Source of the DNA: a virus
Length of the DNA: 64,000 nt
Reading direction: 5' to 3' (one strand)
Virus record (IMG/VR): IMGVR_UViG_3300031957_002411
Location: 32,001 to 96,000 of that record
Part shown: in pieces, positions 38,518 through 47,917 of the stretch
Layout of the letters: each line of letters opens with the position of its first letter
Position numbering within the stretch: the first letter of the stretch is position 1
Made by a program: the position numbers and the translations under genes
Notes under the pieces: model-generated
What the model saw: only the letters and a program-made list of their open reading frames with translations
Told to the model about the DNA's origin: nothing
Database searches by the model: none

Positions 38518-41500
38518 TTAGCTAACAGTAAGGTCTACGTATTGAACTCTATCATAGCCCTGTATGCCATCCTCCTCGAAAGTTGTATGGGTAATGTCAT
38601 TTCTAAAGAAATAGAAGCAATCATATGCTCCGTCAGAATTTGGTGTAACTTCTACCTGAGTTTGTTTAATTGTTTGTACAGCTTCTGTCCCCGGCCCATT
38701 TGCGTTGGTGCTAGGCCCATCTGTTAGCCTGTAAAAGCCATGATATCTGGGTGCGTATAAGATATCGACTTTTTCATAAACAATACCTTGTTTGGCGACT
38801 ATTGTGGCAGAACTGCCATTCTCGTTGGTAATTGAAAACTCAAATCCCGGTTGAAACTTGGTTCCTCCTCTAAAATCTTCTGGCATAAATCCCTCGCCTC
38901 TCATTTCATTTTGTGTTCCATCTGGAGCTGGTTCTAGGGCAAACCTTGGTTTGGTAGCCGCTCCGTTTGCACCCGGAGTTACTGTAACCTTAACGCCATT
39001 TGGTCCTTGAAATACTTCATCACCAGCGAAAGATTCGCCAGCAATAGGATCTCCTCTTATTTCTATGCCTTCATCAGAGATAAACGTATTATCAAGAATT
39101 TCTAGAGAATCAAGTCCAATTACACGTTTTTTAGAAACAAAACCACCTCTTGTATTAATCCCGTCAGTATCAAGAAACTCACCACCAGTGAGTAACTGAC
39201 CTCTAGCAACAGTGTCTACATTCCAGTATTCCACTGGACGAACTAATTCAATACCGCTTCCTATCACAGCACCCGCACTAAGATCTCTTCCGCTGCTGTA
39301 TCCTGTTGGAACTCGAAAATCAGTATTGTAAGCTGCTTCATCTATGAGTACTATTCTTCCTTCTACATCTTCAGCTGTTGTTTGTTGAGCGTAATTTATT
39401 GCACCCGCACTTGCTTGACCAGCTTCGACTGAACCATCGTCTGATTGAAATACTTTAAAATATAATTCAGTGGTTGTAGCAACAGTGCCTTTAGTTCCAC
39501 CTGCAAAATGTAAAACAGCGAAAAAAGGAGCAATAAAAACTGTCTGTTCGCGTGGGTGATAGTCAAAAACCCTAACGTACAAAGCCGTATCACCAAATTG
39601 ACTTAAATCTGGATCTGAAGTTCCAACACCCCAAGATGAAGATCTTTGACCAAGCCTATTCCCACCGCTTGAAAAGAGACCAACCACTGATCTCATAAAT
39701 GACTGAACTGCACTTTGAGCAACATTAGTGTCAGCAGCTGAGAATGCACCAAAAAATCCACCAGCAGAAAAATTAATAGTCCCACCACTACTTCTACCCA
39801 CTGTATTTTTAGCTGTGATGATTCCATAAACTTCAGCCCCATCACCGTCATCACCATATCCAGCTGTTGATGAAAAAGCACCTATGGCATGAGCGGTTTG
39901 CTTGATTGCACCCGGATGATGATTATAAAGATCATAAGCAACAGTTGTGTAACCTCCACCTGTCGGCTCTCCGACATATGGATTACCTCTGGTTAGAGCA
40001 TCCCCTAATCCCATGTTTGCCGGAATTGGAACCACGGGTGGAAAAGGTATGATAATCTCTGTCCTGCCTGCATATTCATTTCTCATCCTACGAAATTGTC
40101 TTGGTCCGTAAGTAAGATTAGGTGCGCCTTCATATGGCTTTTGCGAGTCCGGCCCTTCAGTTGATAAGTCATCCATAGCAGCCATCGCACTTGTCAAGGC
40201 TGTAAATTGAACTTTAGAAGGGTTCAACGGCGGTAGACTATTTGTCGCTCCGTTTTCAAAATATCTATAATTATAATGCCCACCATTAAGTACATTAGTA
40301 AAGTCATTATTATTTACAGCTAGAGCAATATCATAATAACTTTCAACTGGTGATTCAAAAGAATTAACAGCTATTTCAGCAGGAATTTGTCTTCTATCAC
40401 GTACATCATTTAGATTAGAAGCAGCTACACCCACAGCCGTTTCTACAGCAGCAGTTGCAGATGTAACTTGTTTTATAGCTCCAGCATCATCTGCTACAAA
40501 AGTTTTTCTATGACCGTTAGGAAACACCGGCCCCCAAAAGAATGGATATTCACTGTTAAGGTAAAATCCCTCAAATTGACCCGTACTGACCTGTATGTTA
40601 GGTGGAGGTAATGACAAATTAATAGCTATATAATCAGCACCCAATTTATATTGATCAAAAATACTACTTTGAATTATTCTACTGTTAATAGTAAAGTTGC
40701 TTGCATCAATATATGTTGGAGCCTCTGAAAAATTTGGATTACCTTTCTGATAATATCTACTTCTTACAGTCTCTTCAATGTCTAAAAATCCCAAAGGTCC
40801 AAAAGCTCGGTGTTGAGCATTCTCTTCATAGTCATTCATAAAATACGTTGCGGCACTAGCTATGAACTTAGCAAACTGCCAATTGGATCTAATAACATTT
40901 TCTTCAGGAACTGGCTCTGGCTTTTCTCCCATATCGCCAACAATCCATTCGCCACCAATCCAATGACAAAAAACTCTTTCCCCAGCGGCATATTCTCTTG
41001 GACCTCTATTTATAACTCTAATTTTTTCTGGTGTTACATTTCCATCACAGTCAACCATATTAGGTCCAAACATATGTGGATTTCCTTGCTCAATAGAAAG
41101 AGGCATGGCTAAAGCACTAGTATATCCTGATTCATTTTTAGAATTACTCGTATCATAATAACTACTAGAACTAATCGAATCAGCTTGATCACTAGTCAGC
41201 TCATTAGCATTAATGTCAGCAGAGTCTAGAGCTTCTAATAACTTAGCTATCAGGCTGGATGGATACTCCCAAGTACCAGTGGTTTGATCATAGTAAAATC
41301 TAGTTGGAGCAACAACAGCATCGCCGGGACGAACATCATCGCTAGGCTTACTTTGTTTGTAGTTTCCCATGCCAGCATTTCTAGTAGCCGACAAGGAATA
41401 AGGAGTGCCAGCTGGAGTTTTTGGAACATCAGCAAAAACAGGTACACCTTGGTTTGCAATTACTCTCTCTCTTTTTAATTGTCCAGCATCTCCAATTCTT

Positions 41501-41943
41501 ACTGTAAATGTGCCAGTGGTTGCACTTTCCTCTAAAGAATTTTGTATCTGTCTTATCTTTCTTAGTTGCGCTGGTGGCTGATCTGTGTCTGTGTCATCAA
41601 TATTATCTTCATACCATAGAAGAATATTTTCTAATTCACTAATACTTATACTGGCATCTTCATATTTTTTAGTTGAATTATTAAATCTTTGATATTCAAA
41701 ATTACCAACTCCACCGACTGCACTCATAATACCTTCTAAAGTAAAATCTGATATAGCTTCATAGCCATTATCTGTTAAGCCAGTATTTATGTTTTGTTGA
41801 TGAAATGTATTTCCTTGTATCGTGTCTAAATCAAACAAAGTAAATGATGCAAGACCACCCCAAGTAAGTGCTTCATTATCAGTCGTAAAAACGTGTTGTG
41901 CTTTTTTGTTAGCTTGAAATTGTCCTCTAAACAGCGCCATCAT
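38518..41943 (-). CDS. large virion/tail-associated protein (~1140 aa)
   Basis: Start probably ATG 41943/41940 (GGAGGA RBS); acidic Gly-rich composition; tail-module position. Confidence 0.7.
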   Translation of the reverse strand: MMALFRGQFQANKKAQHVFTTDNEALTWGGLASFTLFDLDTIQGNTFHQQNINTGLTDNGYEAISDFTLEGIMSAVGGVGNFEYQRFNNSTKKYEDASISISELENILLWYEDNIDDTDTDQPPAQLRKIRQIQNSLEESATTGTFTVRIGDAGQLKRERVIANQGVPVFADVPKTPAGTPYSLSATRNAGMGNYKQSKPSDDVRPGDAVVAPTRFYYDQTTGTWEYPSSLIAKLLEALDSADINANELTSDQADSISSSSYYDTSNSKNESGYTSALAMPLSIEQGNPHMFGPNMVDCDGNVTPEKIRVINRGPREYAAGERVFCHWIGGEWIVGDMGEKPEPVPEENVIRSNWQFAKFIASAATYFMNDYEENAQHRAFGPLGFLDIEETVRSRYYQKGNPNFSEAPTYIDASNFTINSRIIQSSIFDQYKLGADYIAINLSLPPPNIQVSTGQFEGFYLNSEYPFFWGPVFPNGHRKTFVADDAGAIKQVTSATAAVETAVGVAASNLNDVRDRRQIPAEIAVNSFESPVESYYDIALAVNNNDFTNVLNGGHYNYRYFENGATNSLPPLNPSKVQFTALTSAMAAMDDLSTEGPDSQKPYEGAPNLTYGPRQFRRMRNEYAGRTEIIIPFPPVVPIPANMGLGDALTRGNPYVGEPTGGGYTTVAYDLYNHHPGAIKQTAHAIGAFSSTAGYGDDGDGAEVYGIITAKNTVGRSSGGTINFSAGGFFGAFSAADTNVAQSAVQSFMRSVVGLFSSGGNRLGQRSSSWGVGTSDPDLSQFGDTALYVRVFDYHPREQTVFIAPFFAVLHFAGGTKGTVATTTELYFKVFQSDDGSVEAGQASAGAINYAQQTTAEDVEGRIVLIDEAAYNTDFRVPTGYSSGRDLSAGAVIGSGIELVRPVEYWNVDTVARGQLLTGGEFLDTDGINTRGGFVSKKRVIGLDSLEILDNTFISDEGIEIRGDPIAGESFAGDEVFQGPNGVKVTVTPGANGAATKPRFALEPAPDGTQNEMRGEGFMPEDFRGGTKFQPGFEFSITNENGSSATIVAKQGIVYEKVDILYAPRYHGFYRLTDGPSTNANGPGTEAVQTIKQTQVEVTPNSDGAYDCFYFFRNDITHTTFEEDGIQGYDRVQYVDLTVS

Positions 41944-44900
41944 TTCCTCCTTTATTTTGAGATTGTCCCCAAGTTGCAATTTTTGAACTTGGTATACCAT
42001 CTTCTTTAAAATATAAATCCCTAGATGCTCTTTGACTTGGCATCTCTTGTGATGTCATATTGGGATGTCCCGGTTCTAAAGATGTGGGAACTCTACCTTG
42101 CCCCACTGTGTTTGAAGCAGTATTGTATCCTGCCTGATTCATAAGCCCAAAATTTCCTTGAAATTCCTGAGCTGCGTCATTTAGCTGCTCATCTGAAAGT
42201 ATTGATCCTTTAACTTCAACATTCGTTGAATTAACAATATTACTACTATTTCCAAAATTATCTGGACCGGCCTGAAAACCTCCCGGCCTGTAGTTCTCTA
42301 ATTGTGGCATGATAGTAATTATTTCATGTCTTGGTGCATTTCTAGAAGATTGGTCTCCCCCACCAGCAGAATTAATTGACCTTAAAGCACCTCCTAGAGA
42401 ATTATAAAGAGCGGTTATGTTTACGTTGCCAGACTGTCCTTTACCAAAGCCTTTTCTCAGCTGTGCATTTCTCTCGTCTTGAATTCTTTGCTGCTGCCTT
42501 GTTATTCTTGCAATATTTCCTTCTCTTTGTTTTTGTAATTTTCCAAACTTCATTGTGTATAAAGAAAGTTGATATTCTGTATTAATTCCATTTGCTCCAA
42601 CATTAACAGTAATATTAGATACCAAAGGACCATTTGCAGAAATAGCTCTACCTAGAAAAACACCACCGAAAGGAACACCAGCAACCTGAAATGCACCGCG
42701 ACCAGATGTTAATAAAGCTCCAGTTGTTAATCCAGCTTTAATGTTTCCAGCTGCATTCATGCCAGCGTATCCATTAAAGTTCCAAGGCGCTAAATTTTCG
42801 TCCTGACTAAATTCTATTTTTCCTCCACCATTTTGAGTTGCCCAAGGTCCATAAGTCCTGTCTCTGGATAAGAATGGGATAGCCACAACGTCTGGATAAA
42901 CCGGAGAACCGGGAACGAATTGCTTACTTACTTCAGTGAAACCTTGATTTTCTCTTACCTTATTTATAGCTTGAATAAGACCTTCGCCCAAAGGTGGAGT
43001 TGCGTATTCTCTTGTTAAATTAGTTGGTGTGCCTCTAAGGGCTGGTCTATTAAAACCACATAAACCTCTCACAACATCTGCTCCAAGAAAATGCTTTATA
43101 AGTAAAGTATTACCAGCTTGCAGTGGGCCATCTCTAAGTCTAGAATCTATAGATGGTTCTGCCCTATTAGGCAAAGTTATCAAACAGTAAATATGATTTG
43201 TATCTGGGAAAAATACAGTAATACCATTTTCAGTAGTAGCGTCATAGTGAACGACATCACATGCAGCACCAGCTCTCTGCAATGGGATTGGCTGTGCATA
43301 TGAATATCCAATTGCATTCTCATATTCACAAGTATCAGGATTAAATATTTTCTTTTCAGGAGATATGGTCCAATTAAAATTAACATGTTGCCCATAAACT
43401 TTAAGTTTTTGCTGTGAAGTTTGGGGAGCCATATAAAATTCTTCATCCACAGTGGCTTTTACAAAAGCTACTTGTGCTGCTAAATTACTACCCGGAGCTA
43501 GAGCCTCTTGCCCATCACTTAAATTATCCAAACTATAGCTAAGATCAGGAACTGAAAAGCCAGCCTGATTAACTTGAAGACTAATTGTATCTGGACTAAA
43601 TGATTTAAATAACAAATGTTGAGAATGATCAAATCTAACGTATGCAGATGTTCTGTTGTTTCCAAGATCAAATAATGTAAAATCTGCTGGAGCCAAACCT
43701 TGGAAGATATGCAAAGCTTGATCTCCATCTCCACCATTATTGTTTAATAAGTCAGACTCATAATAACCACCTTGAGTCGATGGAGTATAGTTAAATTCAA
43801 ACTGCTTAGTAAGTGGGTTAAAATTATGTTCCAATGCTCCTACATAATCACCCGCATCTCCTAAAATTGCATCTTGCACATCAGGTCTTTGATATCCACC
43901 TGTAGTAATGTTTCTAGGTGGAAAACCAAAAGGTCCATTTGCAATATTTCCTCTATTATCTCTCGTTATAGTTTTATCATAGTATAGATTAACTTTTTGA
44001 GGAACTTTAACCAAAAACTTTTTACCTAAACACTCTTCAGCTACGCCTTTAACAAAATCAAAAACTTTTTTAGCATTTTCAAATCCTTGTTTTTCTAATG
44101 TTTGTGACACGCGAATGACATTTGCTAGTCTTCCTCTCTTATTTTGATTTACACGTTTCAATCCTTTTATCAAACGTTCCTTTTCTATAGTTGACAAGTC
44201 AGTTCCGAGTTGGTCTTCTAAAGTGCCATCTTTAATATCTTCAATAATCATTCCCATAGTTTCTGCTTCTTGTTCAACAGCTTGAACAGCAGCATTACCA
44301 ATAGATAGTGCAGAAGATGATGGCAAACCTATTGCCGTAGCTCTACCATAATATAGAGGATATCCATAATTAGGATTACAACCTACATTGCTTCCGTCGT
44401 TGGGCCAAACAGATCTGGGAACAGTAACTGCATAATTATTAGAAATTCTAGGATGATGTTGAACTGCTAGGCCAATTGGAGGTGTTGCCTGAAGCGCTGC
44501 TCCTTCTTCTACATCATTTGCTTCAGTACTTTCCATATAAACATTATCATAATCAATTAAAAATTCTGACCACCTTTTAAAACCAGCTAAAGCAGATCTA
44601 AGCTCTAACTCAGTTGTCACATAGAAATTTCCAACGCCTATAGCATTTAAAGAAGTGGCATCTAACATAATCTGTTGATATGCTCCAATACCCTTCGGTA
44701 AAGCAACAATTTTTGAATTTTTAGAATCAGCACCTACTTTTCTAGGAAGTGTTCCAAAGTAAGGTAGGATCTGATACGATAGCGATTCTTCTAAAGTGTA
44801 CCTTTTTGCCCAAGCTGGATTTCTATCAGAATAACCATGAAAATAATACATCTCTACTTCATTAGCGCCAACGACAAATTTATCGGTAGTAACAGTAGTT

Positions 44901-46084
44901 AATTCTTTTCCAAGACTTTTTGACGTTATATTGGTTCCTGTTGGAAGTGCATCTAGGTAATCTTGAAGTGCGTTAGCGCTTTGAGCTTGTGATCTATCTA
45001 TTCCATCAACCCTTATTATGCCATGTAAAGCACCATCGCCAGTTTGATTAGCGAATCTTTGTTCTAAAAAGTTAGATGCAGGGTGATTAGTTATGGGCAA
45101 CAGGGTAACAAACAGTTCTGTATTTGAAACCTCACAAACTTCTAAACATAAATCAAGCAAAGTCATTTGATCATAATCAATAAAATATAAATCATCTAAT
45201 GCTGGCAGTCCAGAAAGGTCTACCATGTAATTATAGCCTCTAAACTTTATAAATCCCCCAAAACCAGCTTCATCATAAAGTGCAGGAATATCTCCAAAAA
45301 AACCTGTAAGAGCATTGATTGCCTGAACAACTCTGAAGAATGGTATACCTTGTGGGCATCTCCTAGAAAAACCAGTGCCTGTTATTGGAAAACCTTTAAC
45401 TCCACCTCCAAATTCTAGAGATTGTTGGACATTAAGAGCTAGTTCTCCGAACATATCACTTCCACCCGGAAAAAGACTCTTTGTGAAAAGACCAAATGGT
45501 AGAAAATCGTCAGGCGTATTAAACTCTAAAAATCCGTATATATTAAGTAAATTATCGTTATTAAATGTAGAGCCAGCATAACTATTTAAAATAAGAGAAA
45601 CATTCGATAAAACTTCTCTGGGGTCTGTTAACTGACAAGAAATACTTGGATTACCACCAATGTCTCTCGACTCGTTAATAGCCTGTAGAATACCGCCAAA
45701 ACAAAAATGATTGTTACCACCAGCAACTTCATTTCCATAGATATTATTAAATACATTTATGTATGAAGTTGGTATATCGCTTTGCTTGTCACCAAATAAG
45801 AAGAAAAGAGGAGCGCCCGGACTTGGTGGATCAAAATTATCACCTACTAACACTTCGCCAGTAACTGGATCTTCATGTTCAAAATATTCATCAGGAGTTA
45901 AGTTTACACTAAGAGTAGATGGACTATCACCAAAGCCTGCTGTGCAAGTAAAATCCTTAATCGTTGTGTTTAAAAAAGTTTGTTGTTCATAAGCTGGCAC
46001 GAGCGTGGTAGATGGTTGAAAATACTTTTTAAGTTTTTCACCATTTCCAGTGTTACCATCACTTCCTCTAAATAAACTAGACAT
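41927..46084 (-). CDS. large tail/baseplate hub-like protein (1385 aa)
   Basis: N-terminal GFGDSPSTLSVNL and FGGILQ, C-terminal PLVSNITVNVG..GINTEYQL typical of hub proteins; context. Confidence 0.6.
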   Translation of the reverse strand: MSSLFRGSDGNTGNGEKLKKYFQPSTTLVPAYEQQTFLNTTIKDFTCTAGFGDSPSTLSVNLTPDEYFEHEDPVTGEVLVGDNFDPPSPGAPLFFLFGDKQSDIPTSYINVFNNIYGNEVAGGNNHFCFGGILQAINESRDIGGNPSISCQLTDPREVLSNVSLILNSYAGSTFNNDNLLNIYGFLEFNTPDDFLPFGLFTKSLFPGGSDMFGELALNVQQSLEFGGGVKGFPITGTGFSRRCPQGIPFFRVVQAINALTGFFGDIPALYDEAGFGGFIKFRGYNYMVDLSGLPALDDLYFIDYDQMTLLDLCLEVCEVSNTELFVTLLPITNHPASNFLEQRFANQTGDGALHGIIRVDGIDRSQAQSANALQDYLDALPTGTNITSKSLGKELTTVTTDKFVVGANEVEMYYFHGYSDRNPAWAKRYTLEESLSYQILPYFGTLPRKVGADSKNSKIVALPKGIGAYQQIMLDATSLNAIGVGNFYVTTELELRSALAGFKRWSEFLIDYDNVYMESTEANDVEEGAALQATPPIGLAVQHHPRISNNYAVTVPRSVWPNDGSNVGCNPNYGYPLYYGRATAIGLPSSSALSIGNAAVQAVEQEAETMGMIIEDIKDGTLEDQLGTDLSTIEKERLIKGLKRVNQNKRGRLANVIRVSQTLEKQGFENAKKVFDFVKGVAEECLGKKFLVKVPQKVNLYYDKTITRDNRGNIANGPFGFPPRNITTGGYQRPDVQDAILGDAGDYVGALEHNFNPLTKQFEFNYTPSTQGGYYESDLLNNNGGDGDQALHIFQGLAPADFTLFDLGNNRTSAYVRFDHSQHLLFKSFSPDTISLQVNQAGFSVPDLSYSLDNLSDGQEALAPGSNLAAQVAFVKATVDEEFYMAPQTSQQKLKVYGQHVNFNWTISPEKKIFNPDTCEYENAIGYSYAQPIPLQRAGAACDVVHYDATTENGITVFFPDTNHIYCLITLPNRAEPSIDSRLRDGPLQAGNTLLIKHFLGADVVRGLCGFNRPALRGTPTNLTREYATPPLGEGLIQAINKVRENQGFTEVSKQFVPGSPVYPDVVAIPFLSRDRTYGPWATQNGGGKIEFSQDENLAPWNFNGYAGMNAAGNIKAGLTTGALLTSGRGAFQVAGVPFGGVFLGRAISANGPLVSNITVNVGANGINTEYQLSLYTMKFGKLQKQREGNIARITRQQQRIQDERNAQLRKGFGKGQSGNVNITALYNSLGGALRSINSAGGGDQSSRNAPRHEIITIMPQLENYRPGGFQAGPDNFGNSSNIVNSTNVEVKGSILSDEQLNDAAQEFQGNFGLMNQAGYNTASNTVGQGRVPTSLEPGHPNMTSQEMPSQRASRDLYFKEDGIPSSKIATWGQSQNKGGNDGAV

Positions 46085-46418
46085 TTTTATCGCTCCTTAA
46101 TTTATATCCTACAGTTCCTTCGTTTGTAGGAAAAATACCAAGTACAGCATTTGACGTTGCTGAAGCTGGCCCACGATTGGTTGATATTGCGCTAACTTCA
46201 GTAACTACACCACCAATTACTTCGTGAGCAGCAAGTAATCCGTAATACGAGCTGTTTGCTTCACCAGAACTAACTATACCATCATCAAAAATATTAGTGC
46301 CTTTAAAACCACCGTTTAAACCTCTGTTGTATCTGCTATTTACACTGTGTGCAGGATCATCAAAATAATTACCTTTTGATGGATAAGCTAAAAGACCGCT
46401 TGGGCTAGGTAATGACAT
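46077..46418 (-). CDS. small hypothetical virion protein
   Basis: Fills the gap and overlaps the downstream start. Confidence 0.65.
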   Translation of the reverse strand: MSLPSPSGLLAYPSKGNYFDDPAHSVNSRYNRGLNGGFKGTNIFDDGIVSSGEANSSYYGLLAAHEVIGGVVTEVSAISTNRGPASATSNAVLGIFPTNEGTVGYKLRSDKNV

Positions 46419-46419
46419 A

Positions 46420-46428
46420 ATTATACAC
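46420..46428 (-). promoter_or_regulatory. GTGTATAAT motif (second copy)
   Basis: Occupies the 11-nt gap immediately before ATG 46418. Confidence 0.4.
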
Positions 46429-46429
46429 C

Positions 46430-47896
46430 TTAATCAGATAATTCATAAGTCCAACTACAGTTCAAGCTATAAGCGCCTGTTTTTGGATTCCAAGTTTCTT
46501 GAGGAGCATTCACAAAGTATTTCCTTACATTACTTTCTTGTGATGGAGATAAATCATTTACTATTCTTGATATTTCAGTAGCAAAAGGCGCAACTAAACT
46601 GGGCTTGGTTAGAAGTAAGTCAGATCTACTATCACCATAACCAAGTCTGCTAGGATCAACTACGAACTCGATACTTAAACTTCTAGTAAATTCAGTTCTA
46701 GTTCCCATGCCCTGAAGTATAGGTCCAGTACCTCTACCTATAATTGGTATCACACTAAATACATCTCCGGGGTACGTATCATTGATAGTAATATTTTCAG
46801 TTAATACTCCATCAAAAATATTAACTGGTCTATTGTCAAAACTTATGTTATAACTAACAGTACCCTCATCAGGATTAAATGCTGCACTAACTGATTTTGG
46901 TTGACTATTCATGCTGTGTTCTGTAGCACCGTTCGCCCTTGTGTACAAATGAGAAGCAGTGCCAAAATCGCCATTATTAGACAAACTTAGCCATTCAGTT
47001 CTAGCATTATCATCTGCATTACTACCTGTGCCATCAGTTGTTGTGTCAAATCCACGTATGTTTCCATCTATAGAAACTTCAGTAAATCCTCCTGTACTAG
47101 AAGATGTATTTACAGTAAAGGACTCATGATGCTTGTTGCCAGAAGGTCCAATAAGCCAAGTATCTGAAATAGTATAACTACCAGCAGCTACATCAATACT
47201 TTGTGACCTTCTATGTTTATAAGAAGCATAGCCTTCTAGTTCTAGTAGACCAGCTTCTAAACCACCGTCTGGATAAGCAGCAGCAGAAGTAGCATCATAA
47301 CCCGCATTGGTAAGATATGTTTTAGCGTTGTACCATGCCGCACATGAACCAGCAGGATCACCAGTAGTAGAATCATCTACATCAGCATTTTCTCTGCCAA
47401 CCGCAGTAACGTTTCTCGTCACTGTGTAATACTTTATATTTTCCCCATAAGTATTATCTTGTTCTACACTGTAATCTTCGCCAAAAGATTCTATTTTACC
47501 TGCACCACCATCACCACAAGCTTCAGCGGTAGCGTCTCTACTATAAGCTATTAGATTTACTGTGTAGGGTGCGTGGTTAATGTATACACCCTCTCCAAAA
47601 CTTATATCCAAAAGTCTACATTGAAATTCTTGATTTCCAACTTCTAGCTTTACCCACTCTTTATCAACAAAGTGACTTTCAATACCCTGCTGCGAACTAA
47701 GTATAACATTTAATCTAGAAGAAGGGACTTCTGCTTCATCTGAGCCTCCACCAGATATATCAACAACAAAACCAGTTAATGTTATATTATATACTTTAGT
47801 AAACCTAGCCGTTTTATTTCTGTCTTGGGATACAGATATGCTGACAAACGGTGCTGGTATTATGTCGCTACCTTCAACTTTTACTACTGATGCCAT
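46430..47896 (-). CDS. virion protein with ~4 internal repeats (distal-tail-like)
   Basis: Repeating modules ending GSYTISDTW / GTVSYNISF / GAYSLNCSW; AAGGA RBS. Confidence 0.65.
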   Translation of the reverse strand: MASVVKVEGSDIIPAPFVSISVSQDRNKTARFTKVYNITLTGFVVDISGGGSDEAEVPSSRLNVILSSQQGIESHFVDKEWVKLEVGNQEFQCRLLDISFGEGVYINHAPYTVNLIAYSRDATAEACGDGGAGKIESFGEDYSVEQDNTYGENIKYYTVTRNVTAVGRENADVDDSTTGDPAGSCAAWYNAKTYLTNAGYDATSAAAYPDGGLEAGLLELEGYASYKHRRSQSIDVAAGSYTISDTWLIGPSGNKHHESFTVNTSSSTGGFTEVSIDGNIRGFDTTTDGTGSNADDNARTEWLSLSNNGDFGTASHLYTRANGATEHSMNSQPKSVSAAFNPDEGTVSYNISFDNRPVNIFDGVLTENITINDTYPGDVFSVIPIIGRGTGPILQGMGTRTEFTRSLSIEFVVDPSRLGYGDSRSDLLLTKPSLVAPFATEISRIVNDLSPSQESNVRKYFVNAPQETWNPKTGAYSLNCSWTYELSD

Positions 47897-47917
47897 GATT
47901 ATTTCCTTTGTATGCTA

